Shown one piece after another: positions 26,778 through 35,955 of a stretch of 64,000 nt of DNA. The stretch lies in contig CAVOZW010000007.1 in NCBI GenBank assembly GCA_963701385.1, positions 32,385 through 96,384 of the forward strand. Reading direction: 5' to 3'. Under the pieces are notes generated by a model. The model did not search any database. It worked only from the letters and a program-made list of their open reading frames with translations, and was not told the DNA's origin. The DNA is from an uncultured delta proteobacterium (GTDB lineage Bacteria > Desulfobacterota > Desulfobacteria > Desulfobacterales > B30-G6). Position numbers and translations under genes: made by a program. Within the stretch, counting starts at the first letter, position 1. Each line of letters starts with the position of its first letter.

Positions 26778-27911
26778 CTAATTTAAGGGCAAGCTGTATC
26801 CCATCTCTTGAAAGGCCTCTTTGGCCACAACAAAAAAATCCCCGATATCCTTTTCCGTAATAAGGCCCAAGTTACACAACCGGAAGGTCTGGAGACCGAA
26901 CATTTTTCCCGGGTAAATGGTAAACCCCCGTTCGAAACAGTAATCGTGCAGCTTGAAAAAATCGAACTTATCGTCTTCCGGTGCCCGCACGGTCACCACC
27001 AGATGCCCTTGAATCTTTTTGTCGATCACCGTTCCAAGACCCATTTCCGCCAGCCCTTTGTGAACCGCCTCCCAGCACTTGGTCAGCCTAGCCCATCGGG
27101 TCTGCTCCCCCTCTTGAAAGTACTCTTTGATGGCCTGCTGCAATGCATACATGGTTTGCACAGGGGGAGTAAAATGCATCTCTCCGACACGCTCAAAAAA
27201 ATCGTACTGCATGAACAGGTTGCAGTAATAGGAGCGCGTGGGGTAGTCTTTTGATTTTTTGATCTCTTCAATGTTACCGATCGTCCAGGAAGCACCGGTC
27301 ATGGCGGCGAGCCCCTTTTGCGCCGAAGACATGAGAAAGTCGATATTCTGTTCTTGAATGTCTATGGGAAGCAGGCCGTAGGTCGATATGGTGTCCACCA
27401 CGAAAATGGCACCGTTGTCATGCGCCATGCGACCGATTTCCTTTATGGGGTTGAGGACGCCTGTACCGGTTTCATGGTGGACGGTTGCCACCACGGCGAT
27501 GTCCTTTTCCTTTTCCAGCGTATCTTTTACAACCGCAAGGTCCGGCAGTTCGGTGGAAGAGAACTTGAGATCGACACAGGGGATATGGTAATATTCGGCG
27601 ATCTCCACCATCCTGGCCGAGTAGGCCCCATTGTTGACCACGCATATTTTTTTGCCTTTAGGAACCAGCGAGTTCACCAGGACATCCTGGATAATGGTTC
27701 CGGAACCGGTAAATATGACCGCACTATATTTTTCAGGATCCCCGTGAACCACCCTCACAAGATCTTTGCGAACACTGGTCATGATGTCCACGAATTCCTG
27801 TTCTCTGGGACAAATGTCCGGCACGACCTGAGCGTATTTCACGGCGTCGCTGGTGGTTGCCGGACCCGGGTTCAGCAAAACATTTCTTTTGACAGGTTTG
27901 ATCACTTCCAT
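26778..27911 (-). CDS. class-V aminotransferase, PhnW-like (2-aminoethylphosphonate:pyruvate transaminase family)
   Basis: Contains LLNPGPATTSDAVK and the PLP-lysine block SSAQKGLAAMTG. 377 aa. AGGGAGG SD. The substrate assignment rests on family resemblance plus the PhnS-like transporter nearby. Confidence 0.75.
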   Translation of the reverse strand: MEVIKPVKRNVLLNPGPATTSDAVKYAQVVPDICPREQEFVDIMTSVRKDLVRVVHGDPEKYSAVIFTGSGTIIQDVLVNSLVPKGKKICVVNNGAYSARMVEIAEYYHIPCVDLKFSSTELPDLAVVKDTLEKEKDIAVVATVHHETGTGVLNPIKEIGRMAHDNGAIFVVDTISTYGLLPIDIQEQNIDFLMSSAQKGLAAMTGASWTIGNIEEIKKSKDYPTRSYYCNLFMQYDFFERVGEMHFTPPVQTMYALQQAIKEYFQEGEQTRWARLTKCWEAVHKGLAEMGLGTVIDKKIQGHLVVTVRAPEDDKFDFFKLHDYCFERGFTIYPGKMFGLQTFRLCNLGLITEKDIGDFFVVAKEAFQEMGYSLPLN

Positions 27912-28015
27912 GGGTACCTCCCTTTCTTGAAACTATCTCAAATCGTTCATGAGACCGAGTCCTCCGGCTTATGTCGAAGATATTAGCTTATACCGAAAAC
28001 GATAGCATGGGGTGG

Positions 28016-29095
28016 TTACAGCTTTCCAACCGTCTTGATTCCCGATTTCTTGCTGGGGTCCTTAACCTCTTCAATGATACTGAAGCCACTGCCACGAACA
28101 TTTTTCATTTTTTCAAAACGCTGCTTCCATTCACTAGGGGTCGTGCAAATCGCCGGAGTGGCCACTTTTTCCCGATCAGACAGGGGCGGGACCGGCCGAT
28201 CTTCGGGACCGTCATAGTCTTCTTTGGGTGTTAACTCCTGCCCCAGCCGGTTGGCCGCTTCCCTCTCGACTTCTTCAATATAATGGGCACCGGCTGCAAA
28301 AGAACGCGTGACGGCCAGGATCGCCCAGGTGGCCTCCGGGGTAAATCCCAGATCCATCATGGCGGCACCGGTGGCACCCAGCATATCCAGATCCACCGGC
28401 TCGCTAGAGGCCTTCTGCGCCGCCTTGACGATTTCTTTTGTAAAGGCAGTGTACTTCCCTGCTGTTCCGAGTTTTTCCGCGCGTGCCAGCATGCGTTTTG
28501 CAGCCGGGTCTTTGAGCATAAGACCCGAAACACCCAGGGCCTCGTCGTTGAGATTCTCCTTCACGAGCAGCTCAGCTGCAGCCTGAAGGGAAAGGTTCGT
28601 CTCTTTTGTCAAGCTCAAATAGGTTTCGAGCCTGTTCCCAAACGTTGAAAAAGCGCCGTAAGCATGACCAAATGCCATGATGGATGCACCGCAGGCCTGG
28701 GTTAAAAAGGTCTTGGATCTGGCCACGATTCTGGATATGGCCGCCGGTGCGGACAATCCGTCTTCGAGCGTCAGGATCATGATGTAATTGAGCATCTTTT
28801 CTTCTTCGACGGTGGGTATTCGCGCCTGGTAATCCACGAAAAGGACCTCGATGACCCCGTAGCCCTCTTCCATCAATTCGGTCGTGTCGTACCCCCTGGT
28901 AACGATCCGGTGCACATTCTTGTACGCAACTTCCGACACCCACTGGAACGGTGCTCTTTTCGAATCCTTTGGAACGGTGCCATATTCTCTGTCGTAATAG
29001 TCAAAGGGATTCTTGGGGCTGCCGAGATTTCCGATGGTGCGCTCCCTTTTCAGTTTATTCAGCGCATCCGTTTTTTCTTTATCTAGATAACCCAT
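28016..29095 (-). CDS. citrate-synthase/citryl-CoA-lyase-fold protein, divergent (subunit A)
   Basis: RGYDTTELMEEGYGVIEVLFVDYQARIPTVEEEKMLNYIMILTLEDGLSAPA...IMAFGHAYGAF follows the citrate-synthase large-domain pattern, but the GFGH...DPR block is degenerate (GVSGLMLKDPAAK). It overlaps the upstream paralogue by 13 nt. Confidence 0.65.
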   Translation of the reverse strand: MGYLDKEKTDALNKLKRERTIGNLGSPKNPFDYYDREYGTVPKDSKRAPFQWVSEVAYKNVHRIVTRGYDTTELMEEGYGVIEVLFVDYQARIPTVEEEKMLNYIMILTLEDGLSAPAAISRIVARSKTFLTQACGASIMAFGHAYGAFSTFGNRLETYLSLTKETNLSLQAAAELLVKENLNDEALGVSGLMLKDPAAKRMLARAEKLGTAGKYTAFTKEIVKAAQKASSEPVDLDMLGATGAAMMDLGFTPEATWAILAVTRSFAAGAHYIEEVEREAANRLGQELTPKEDYDGPEDRPVPPLSDREKVATPAICTTPSEWKQRFEKMKNVRGSGFSIIEEVKDPSKKSGIKTVGKL

Positions 29096-29979
29096 TGTTT
29101 GTATTCTCCTTCTTCCTTTTGTTTCTTGGCGTATTCCTGTCGTTCCGCCTGCTTGGGAACAATTCTGTCCTCAGGCCCCACATACTTGATCATGGACAAG
29201 TCTATCATCTGCACCATCGGTTCGTTTCTGCTGGCCCCCCATGCACGTCCCTTTTTCATATTGAACAGCGCATGCGCCGCACAGCTGAATCCTCGAACCA
29301 CACTGCCGATACACCATCCCGCATTCGGCGAAAAGCCAATTTCCATCAGGGCGGTGTTCCCAGAGCCCACCACGTTCACCCCCACATAGGAGCGTCCATC
29401 CGCCTTGCGCCTGGCGTGAAAGTGTTTTTCCACGGCCCTTTGAAATTCCAGATAAACCCCTTTGAGTTCCAGTTCTTCTTGCTTGAGGTGGATCGGTTCC
29501 GCCCTGGGATCACTGTCGATGTGCTGGGGTTGACCCATACCCATGACGGGTCGCCCGGCTTCCATGTATTCATCCACCAGAATTTTGGCCATTTCATCGA
29601 TGGTTTTGCCCTCCTTTTGGGCACGTTCCAGGTACTTGTTTAACATGTACCCGTGAGCCGCTCCCGGGCCATGGACACCACCAAAAGTAGAAACCGCTGC
29701 CGCCACACAAACGGGAAGGTTCGGTCTGCCTGCACTCACACCGATGGCACCCACCGCCGATGGTGACATGGAATGCTCCAGGAACACCCCCATTTCGTAC
29801 TTGAGCATTTTTTCTTCTTTTTGGGTGGGAATTCGGTCTTGAAAGAGGACAAACATGGCATCATAAAACGAATAGCCCTCTTCAGCCATGTCACTGAGGT
29901 TGTACCCGCGCATCACGGTTTTTTCTTCCGTTTTGTAAGAAATAGATGTCTTTCTTCTAACCGACGGTTTTCTCTCCAT
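29083..29979 (-). CDS. citrate-synthase/citryl-CoA-lyase-fold protein, divergent (subunit B)
   Basis: MRGYNLSDMAEEGYSFYDAMFVLFQDRIPTQKEEKMLKYEMGVFLEHSMSPS...FGGVHGPGAAHG...GMGQPQHIDSDPRA. Start chosen at ATG 29979, behind a strong SD (GGAGGAAAAA). The track start 30084 is unlikely. Confidence 0.65.
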   Translation of the reverse strand: MERKPSVRRKTSISYKTEEKTVMRGYNLSDMAEEGYSFYDAMFVLFQDRIPTQKEEKMLKYEMGVFLEHSMSPSAVGAIGVSAGRPNLPVCVAAAVSTFGGVHGPGAAHGYMLNKYLERAQKEGKTIDEMAKILVDEYMEAGRPVMGMGQPQHIDSDPRAEPIHLKQEELELKGVYLEFQRAVEKHFHARRKADGRSYVGVNVVGSGNTALMEIGFSPNAGWCIGSVVRGFSCAAHALFNMKKGRAWGASRNEPMVQMIDLSMIKYVGPEDRIVPKQAERQEYAKKQKEEGEYKQWVI

Positions 29980-30062
29980 TTTTTCCTCCGATATGCCCCT
30001 AAAATAATGTAGCGCACCCTCATTGATGATACTTAATGGCGCTTGATACCCAAATTTTCGCT

Positions 30063-30091
30063 TTAATAAACAAACTGTAATCATAGGTCAA
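30063..30091 (-). promoter_or_regulatory. putative sigma70-type promoter for the citrate-synthase-like/PhnW-like operon (TTGACC-17 nt-TATTAA)
   Basis: RC of 30086-30091 is TTGACC and RC of 30063-30068 is TATTAA, with an exact 17-nt spacer. About 85 nt upstream of ATG 29979. Confidence 0.4.
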
Positions 30092-30356
30092 CCTAATAAA
30101 TATAATGAATTGCATGACAAAATATCATACCTGAACCGAGCGATTTTTCGCGAAGAGATGTGCCGAGATCTTGATGGAGGGAGGCTCGCAAAAAAAATGG
30201 CATACGAGTGGATCTGTCGAGGCTTTTTGCGAACCTTCGATCCGCAAGCGATTGGTGCGAATCGAGATAAAAATCAATCAGTTCAGGTTATCGTTTGGCC
30301 ATGTATTGCCCATTGCAATTCTCGAGCAGAAGGTGTAAAAAAAACGAACACCTGAA

Positions 30357-30389
30357 CCTTTCCCAATTAAATGGGAGAAGCCCTATTAT
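30357..30389 (+). repeat. palindromic upstream element, copy B (TTCCCA-ATTAAA-TGGGAGA plus an A/T box)
   Basis: CCTTTCCCAATTAAATGGGAGA-AGCCCTATTATTAT. The hairpin ends 43 nt before GTG 30422 of the SGNH-like gene. Confidence 0.6.
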
Positions 30390-30421
30390 TATGTAAGGTT
30401 ACCTGTTCTGAGGTCTCTAGC

Positions 30422-31090
30422 GTGTTACATCAGGTCCTGTTTATCGGTAACAGTCATACCTATTTGAATTACATGCCCCGAATGCTTTCGGCGCTCGTCG
30501 CTTCAGAGGATCGGGGTTTCACGCTGCTTGTCGATCAATGCACAGGGGACGGGACCGGTCTTGAGTGGCACTGGAAAAATCCGCCTACCCGGGATGCCAT
30601 CCGGAAAAAACCGTGGGACTATGTTGTTTTGCAGGAACGTAGCGCTGGCCCGTTGGAAGAGCCGGACGCTTTTGCACGGTATGCCGAGTTGCTGGATGCA
30701 GAGATTCGAAGTCAAGGCGCCAAAACAATCTTGTTTTTGACCTGGGCCAACCGTTCACGGCCCGAAACCCAGGCTGTTTTGACAAATGCCTACACCATGA
30801 CGGCATGCAAGCTCAAAGCCGCCCTGGCGCCGGTGGGTCGGGCGTGGGAGGCTATCCACAGGATTGCTCCCGGGTGTGAATTGCATCATCGGGATGGCCG
30901 TCATGCCAATCCTGTCGGATCTTACCTCACGGCCTGTGTGTTTTATTCCGTGTTGTTCAACACAAGCCCCCAAGGGCTTACCGGACGCTTCTATTTCAAA
31001 GGTAAGATGTGGGTGGATCTGGAAAAAGACAGGGCCTCGTTGCTGCAGCAAGTGGCCTGGGAGACCTTCTCGAACAGGGGCCCCCTGTAA
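30422..31090 (+). CDS. SGNH/GDSL-like hydrolase-fold protein
   Basis: Block I VLFIGNSHTY and block V DGRHANPVGSYL. The GTG 30422 start (GAGG 8 nt upstream) is preferred over the track ATG 30371, which lies inside a palindromic upstream element. Confidence 0.55.
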   Translation: MLHQVLFIGNSHTYLNYMPRMLSALVASEDRGFTLLVDQCTGDGTGLEWHWKNPPTRDAIRKKPWDYVVLQERSAGPLEEPDAFARYAELLDAEIRSQGAKTILFLTWANRSRPETQAVLTNAYTMTACKLKAALAPVGRAWEAIHRIAPGCELHHRDGRHANPVGSYLTACVFYSVLFNTSPQGLTGRFYFKGKMWVDLEKDRASLLQQVAWETFSNRGPL

Positions 31091-31406
31091 ATTGCCTGGA
31101 TTACCCATTTCGCTCTATCTATGGCGAAAATCGAAAGTTGAGCTATAACTTTTGATTATTCTTAATATGATAAAAATTAGGTTGCATAATACAGGGTTTT
31201 ATTTAACTATCGCGCATTAATTAATAAACCATATTCATCGACGCCATGTTGCTAATTGCAGTTGAAGGTTGCGCGGTAAAATTACACTATTTTTGCTTGG
31301 CTTATTATACCGACTTTGGTACTGTTGCGCTGATTTAAGGTAAATGTTGGCGCGTATTCAATCATCGATATTTTTCTAATGCTACACAATCAGAAGGAGG
31401 AAAAAA

Positions 31407-32462
31407 ATGAAACGTTTTCATTCAAACAGTTCAGTTCGTTTCTGGGGGATCTTGCTCGGGTTTGCTGCCGTGCTGGCTTTCATCGGCGTCTCCAACGTGT
31501 GCGCCGCGGAGATTCTAGTCTATACCGCACTCGAAGACGATGAATTGGCCATCTACATGAAAGATTGGGAAGCCAAACACCCCGATATCAAGGCAAACAT
31601 TGTGCGGGACTCCACGGGCATTGTCACGGCAAAATTGCTGGCGGAAAAAGACAATCCCAGGGCGGATCTCATCTGGGGTGTGTCAGCCACCAGTCTGCTC
31701 GTCTGTGACCAGGTCGGCATGCTCATCGGGTACAATCCCAAGGGAATTGAAAAGCTAAAACCCGCTTTCTTTGATCAGAAGAACAAGGAAGCTCACTGGA
31801 CCGGCCTCAAAGCCTACATGACCGGTTTTGTGGGAAACACCATCGAAATGAAAGCCAAGGGGCTCAAAATGCCGCAGTCCTACGCGGATCTTCTGGACCC
31901 CATGTACAAAGGGCAACTCGTCATGCCCAATCCCGCTTCATCCGGAACCGGTTTTCTGACGGTTTCCGCCATTCTTCAGATCATGGGCGAAGAGGCCGGC
32001 TGGGATTACCTGGACAAACTCCACCAGAACATCGCCGTATACACCCATTCCGGTTCCAAGCCCGCCAAGATGGCCGGCAAAGGCGAATACCCCATCGGCA
32101 TCTCTTTTGCCTACCGGGGATTCAAACAAATGAAAAGCGGGGAACCGGTTGTGGTGGCCTTTCCCAAGGAAAAATCCGGATGGGAAGTTGAAGCCAACGG
32201 CCTCATAAAAAAGCCCAAGATCAAGAAAGAAGCCAAGATCTTCCTCGACTGGGCCATCAGCGACGACGCCTACAAAATGTATGCCACGGTCTATCCCATC
32301 ATCGGTTCCAAAGTGGTCCCGGTTACCGTACCCGATGGATATCCCGCGGATCCCGTCGTACAGCTCATCGACAACGACTTTGACTGGGCTGCAAGAAACC
32401 GTTCCGCGATCCTGAAAGAATGGACCATGCGCTACGACGGTAAGAGTGAGCCCAAAAGCTAA
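31407..32462 (+). CDS. ABC transporter periplasmic substrate-binding protein, PhnS-like (2-aminoethylphosphonate/Fe3+ cluster)
   Basis: Signal peptide, then [11 protein letters not shown]...[25 protein letters not shown]...[12 protein letters not shown]...[23 protein letters not shown]. From memory this matches the putative 2-AEP binding-protein family. GGAGGA SD. Confidence 0.75.
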   Translation: MKRFHSNSSVRFWGILLGFAAVLAFIGVSNVCAAEILVYTALEDDELAIYMKDWEAKHPDIKANIVRDSTGIVTAKLLAEKDNPRADLIWGVSATSLLVCDQVGMLIGYNPKGIEKLKPAFFDQKNKEAHWTGLKAYMTGFVGNTIEMKAKGLKMPQSYADLLDPMYKGQLVMPNPASSGTGFLTVSAILQIMGEEAGWDYLDKLHQNIAVYTHSGSKPAKMAGKGEYPIGISFAYRGFKQMKSGEPVVVAFPKEKSGWEVEANGLIKKPKIKKEAKIFLDWAISDDAYKMYATVYPIIGSKVVPVTVPDGYPADPVVQLIDNDFDWAARNRSAILKEWTMRYDGKSEPKS

Positions 32463-32500
32463 TCGGTCGGGCACACTGCATTATAAGAGATTAACCTTTA

Positions 32501-32540
32501 CCGGCGTGCCCCTTAATGGGGCATGCCGGCCCTTTTTTTA
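32501..32540 (+). terminator. rho-independent terminator/attenuator between the binding-protein and ATPase genes
   Basis: CCGGCGTGCCCC-TTAAT-GGGGCATGCCGG (12-bp stem, one G-T) followed by CCCTTTTTTTAA. Intra-operon hairpins after SBP genes are common in ABC operons. Confidence 0.7.
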
Positions 32541-32553
32541 AGGAGTCCTTCCG

Positions 32554-33681
32554 ATGCCACCCGAATCGGCAAAAACTAACAATGGCGGTACGTTTTTGGA
32601 AGTCAAACATGTGACAAAAACATTTGGGCGTTTTGTTGCGCTGGAAGATGTCTCCATTGACGTATACCCCGGGGAACTGGTCTGTATCTTAGGGCCCAGC
32701 GGTTGCGGGAAAACCACCCTTTTGCGTGTCATCGCAGGATTGGAAGAACAGAATGTGGGTCAGGTTTTTTTAAAAGGCAAGGATATCTCTCGCATGCCCA
32801 CCTCCCAACGGGAATGCGGTATCGTTTTCCAATCCTATGCCCTGTTCCCAAACCTGACGGCCACTCAGAACGTGGCCTATGGTCTCAAGGGCTCAAAATT
32901 CGAAAAAGGGCAAAAAGTCGCCAGGACCCGGGAGATGCTCGAGTTGGTCGACTTATCTGAAATCGGAAAAAAATACCCTGCTCAGCTTTCGGGCGGTCAG
33001 CAGCAACGGGTGGCGCTGGCTCGCGCGCTGGCACCAAGCCCTGCCATGCTGCTCCTGGATGAACCGCTTTCAGCGCTCGATGCACAGGTCCGGATTTATC
33101 TTAGAAGTGAAATTCGTGATCTCCAGCAACGCCTCCAGATTACCACTATCATGGTTACCCATGACCAGGAAGAAGCCCTGACCATGGCGGATCGGATCAT
33201 CCTCATGGATGCCGGCCGCATTATCCAGTGTGCCTCGCCCCAGTCCATCTATCACACACCGGATGATACGTTTGTGGCGGGGTTTATCGGCGCCATGAAT
33301 TTTCTGGAGGGCTGGACAGTCATAAATGAAAACACCCTCACCTACGGAAACCTGACCCTTAAAACAATGAACGGAAAAGCCAAGCAGTTTCAGGGCAGAG
33401 AAACGACGGTCACCATACGCCCTGAAGACATCAGGGTTCTCGATGAAGATAAGAGCGGTGAAAATATTCTTTTCACGGTGGTTGAAAAAATCGAGTTTCG
33501 CGGCGCATCTTACCGCTTGTTCCTGCGCCTGAAAATCGACGATCCGGGTCTGGACGCTCCGGTGATCGAGGTGGATCTCGCCGCCGAGAAGATCAAGCGA
33601 TTCAAAATCAAACTGGAGAGCATAGTGCCGGTTTACCTCCCCCCGGAACGATTGTTGATATTTAGACCAGCAGGATCTTGA
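32554..33681 (+). CDS. ABC transporter ATP-binding protein (PotA/PhnT-like, with C-terminal TOBE-like domain)
   Basis: Walker A GPSGCGKTT, signature LSGGQQQRVALARAL, Walker B LLLDEPLSALD, H-loop VTHDQ. Confidence 0.9.
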   Translation: MPPESAKTNNGGTFLEVKHVTKTFGRFVALEDVSIDVYPGELVCILGPSGCGKTTLLRVIAGLEEQNVGQVFLKGKDISRMPTSQRECGIVFQSYALFPNLTATQNVAYGLKGSKFEKGQKVARTREMLELVDLSEIGKKYPAQLSGGQQQRVALARALAPSPAMLLLDEPLSALDAQVRIYLRSEIRDLQQRLQITTIMVTHDQEEALTMADRIILMDAGRIIQCASPQSIYHTPDDTFVAGFIGAMNFLEGWTVINENTLTYGNLTLKTMNGKAKQFQGRETTVTIRPEDIRVLDEDKSGENILFTVVEKIEFRGASYRLFLRLKIDDPGLDAPVIEVDLAAEKIKRFKIKLESIVPVYLPPERLLIFRPAGS

Positions 33682-33811
33682 ACTTAAGAAGCATTTAGAA
33701 ACGATGTTATCAAGCGCAACAATGTCACCTCTTCGCAAGAAGTGCGACCACTCAGGAAAAATCTGGGCCAGCGGCGCGGAATAGGTAAATACAAAAGATC
33801 TCGGACAATCC

Positions 33812-35920
33812 ATGCCAACAATAGATACAATAAGTAACGAACAGGACATTCATAAAAACAAAACCGCATTCGATCCCCAAAGCGTGGTTTTAAAGAAGGT
33901 CCGCCAGAATACCAGCGCAGAGAACTGGCTCAAAAGGGCATTGATTTTCCTCCTGGTCCTCTGGATGCTCGTTGCCGTCGTTCTTCCCGTATACCAACTT
34001 ATCGATCGCAGCATGCACGCCGAAGTCCTGGTATCCATCTGGGGAAGTGACGATGTGCGCATTGGCGGAAGACGCGTCTATATTGACGGCGAAACCCTGC
34101 AATTGAATATCGACAAGAAATCGTTCCCCCTGACCAACAACATCCTTTCGTACGATGGTATCACGGTGGATATACGGGATAACCGCATCTACCAGGTATC
34201 CTGTACCAAAGCGATGAATTACGCAGAGCCGGTAAAGATAAAAGAGGTCACCACCCGGATTGATGGGGACCGCTATTTCATCGACGGTGTCCTGTTAGAG
34301 GGTGATGAATACAGTGGCCAGGTTGACCGATGGATCGGGCTGAGCAACTTTGTGAGCTATTTTACCAATGAAGCCCTCTACTATTCTGTTTTCAACAGTC
34401 TTTTCGTTTCCGTGGTCACCACCTTCGTCGCCGTCATTCTCGCGCTGGTATACGCCTATGCGGTCACCCGGACCCTGATTCCGGGAAAGGCCTTTTTCCG
34501 GGTGGTTGCCATGCTGCCCCTGTATGCACCCACCATGCTGTACGGTCTGTCACTTGTTTTTATCTTCGGCAACAAAGGATTCATTACTACCGGCTTTTTC
34601 GGCCACCTGCCTTGGCTGGCCTGGGATATCGGGCTGTACGGCCCCGTGGGAATTATCATCGCCGAGGTGGTGTTCACCTTTCCGGCCGCCTACATGATTC
34701 TCATGGTTTCGTTGCTCAACACCGACGCCCGACTCTACGAAGCGGCCATCAGCCTGGGTGCCAAAAAACCACGCATCTTTTTTACGGTGACCCTCCCCGG
34801 GATAAAGTTCGGCCTGGTAAGCGCTATTTTCGTCTGTTTTACCCTATGCTTTACCGATTTCGGTGCCCCCAAAGTCGTGGGCGGGAACTACAACATCCTG
34901 GCAGTTGATATTTACAAACAGGTCATCGGCCAGCAGAATTTTGGCATGGGCGCCACCATCAGCATTATTCTGCTCATTCCGGCGGTCATCTCCTTTATGG
35001 CGGATAGAATCGTACAGCGACGGCAGGTGGTCGCCATGACTGCCAGAAGCGTGCCCTATACACCCAAACGCAATTGGAGCACGGACACGGCGATGTTTAC
35101 CATCGCATCCCTGATTGCCGGTTTTATACTCGCCATGCTGTTTGCCGGTGGATTCGGATCCCTGGTAAAAATGTGGCCCTATGACTTCTCCCTCGGCCTG
35201 TGGCATTACACTTTTAGAGATGTAGGCGGCGGCGGATACGGTGCCTTCTGGAACAGTATCCGCATGGCAAGCTATTCGGCCATTCTCGGAACCATGATCA
35301 CCTTTGGATCGGCCTATCTCATCGAAAAAACCCGGCGGGTGGCCATTCTGAGACAGACGTCCTATTTTCTTTCCATTCTGCCCCTTGCGCTGCCCGGCCT
35401 GGTCATCGGCATCGCCTACATCTTTTTTTTCAATACCACGCACTTCACCATCCCGTTGACGAATATTTCAATCGCAAATCCGGCCTATGCCCTGTACGGT
35501 ACGCTCTGGATCCTGGTCATCGCCAATATCATCCATTTCTACACGGTCAGCTTTCTAACCGCCACCTCTGCACTGCGGCAACTCGACAAGGAATTCGAAA
35601 CCGTGTCCGAGTCCATGTCCGTTCCCTTTTATCGGACATTTTTCCGCGTAACCGTTCCGGTCTGCTTTCCGGCCATTGTAGAAATCGCCATGTACCTTTT
35701 TGTCAGTTCCATGGCAACGGTTTCGGCGGTTATTTTTCTGTATTCCTCGGACACGACCCTTGCGTCCGTGGCCGTCGTCAACATGGATGATGCCGGAGAT
35801 CAGGCGCCCGCAGCCGCCATGTGCATGCTCATCGTTCTTTCCAACATTGTAGTGAGAATCGCCAGCGAGGTGGTCAACGCGATTTTCAGAAGATCAACCT
35901 CGGCCTGGCGGACGAAATAA
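33812..35920 (+). CDS. fused double-domain ABC transporter permease (PhnU/PhnV- or FbpB-like) with large extracytoplasmic insert
   Basis: 702 aa with two permease halves, each ending in an EAA-like loop (YEAAISLGAKKPRIFFTVTLP and SESMSVPFYRTFFRVTVP). About 150 hydrophilic residues lie between TM1 and TM2. Confidence 0.85.
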   Translation: MPTIDTISNEQDIHKNKTAFDPQSVVLKKVRQNTSAENWLKRALIFLLVLWMLVAVVLPVYQLIDRSMHAEVLVSIWGSDDVRIGGRRVYIDGETLQLNIDKKSFPLTNNILSYDGITVDIRDNRIYQVSCTKAMNYAEPVKIKEVTTRIDGDRYFIDGVLLEGDEYSGQVDRWIGLSNFVSYFTNEALYYSVFNSLFVSVVTTFVAVILALVYAYAVTRTLIPGKAFFRVVAMLPLYAPTMLYGLSLVFIFGNKGFITTGFFGHLPWLAWDIGLYGPVGIIIAEVVFTFPAAYMILMVSLLNTDARLYEAAISLGAKKPRIFFTVTLPGIKFGLVSAIFVCFTLCFTDFGAPKVVGGNYNILAVDIYKQVIGQQNFGMGATISIILLIPAVISFMADRIVQRRQVVAMTARSVPYTPKRNWSTDTAMFTIASLIAGFILAMLFAGGFGSLVKMWPYDFSLGLWHYTFRDVGGGGYGAFWNSIRMASYSAILGTMITFGSAYLIEKTRRVAILRQTSYFLSILPLALPGLVIGIAYIFFFNTTHFTIPLTNISIANPAYALYGTLWILVIANIIHFYTVSFLTATSALRQLDKEFETVSESMSVPFYRTFFRVTVPVCFPAIVEIAMYLFVSSMATVSAVIFLYSSDTTLASVAVVNMDDAGDQAPAAAMCMLIVLSNIVVRIASEVVNAIFRRSTSAWRTK

Positions 35921-35955
35921 TCTCCGAAAACAACATGACCTTGATGAAGTTCTCG

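Noticed and set aside
30110-30355. 81-aa TTG-initiated ORF between the citrate-synthase-like operon and the SGNH-like gene.
   Set aside because: It has no SD and an alternative start codon. It overlaps the predicted divergent promoter region, and no motif was recognised.
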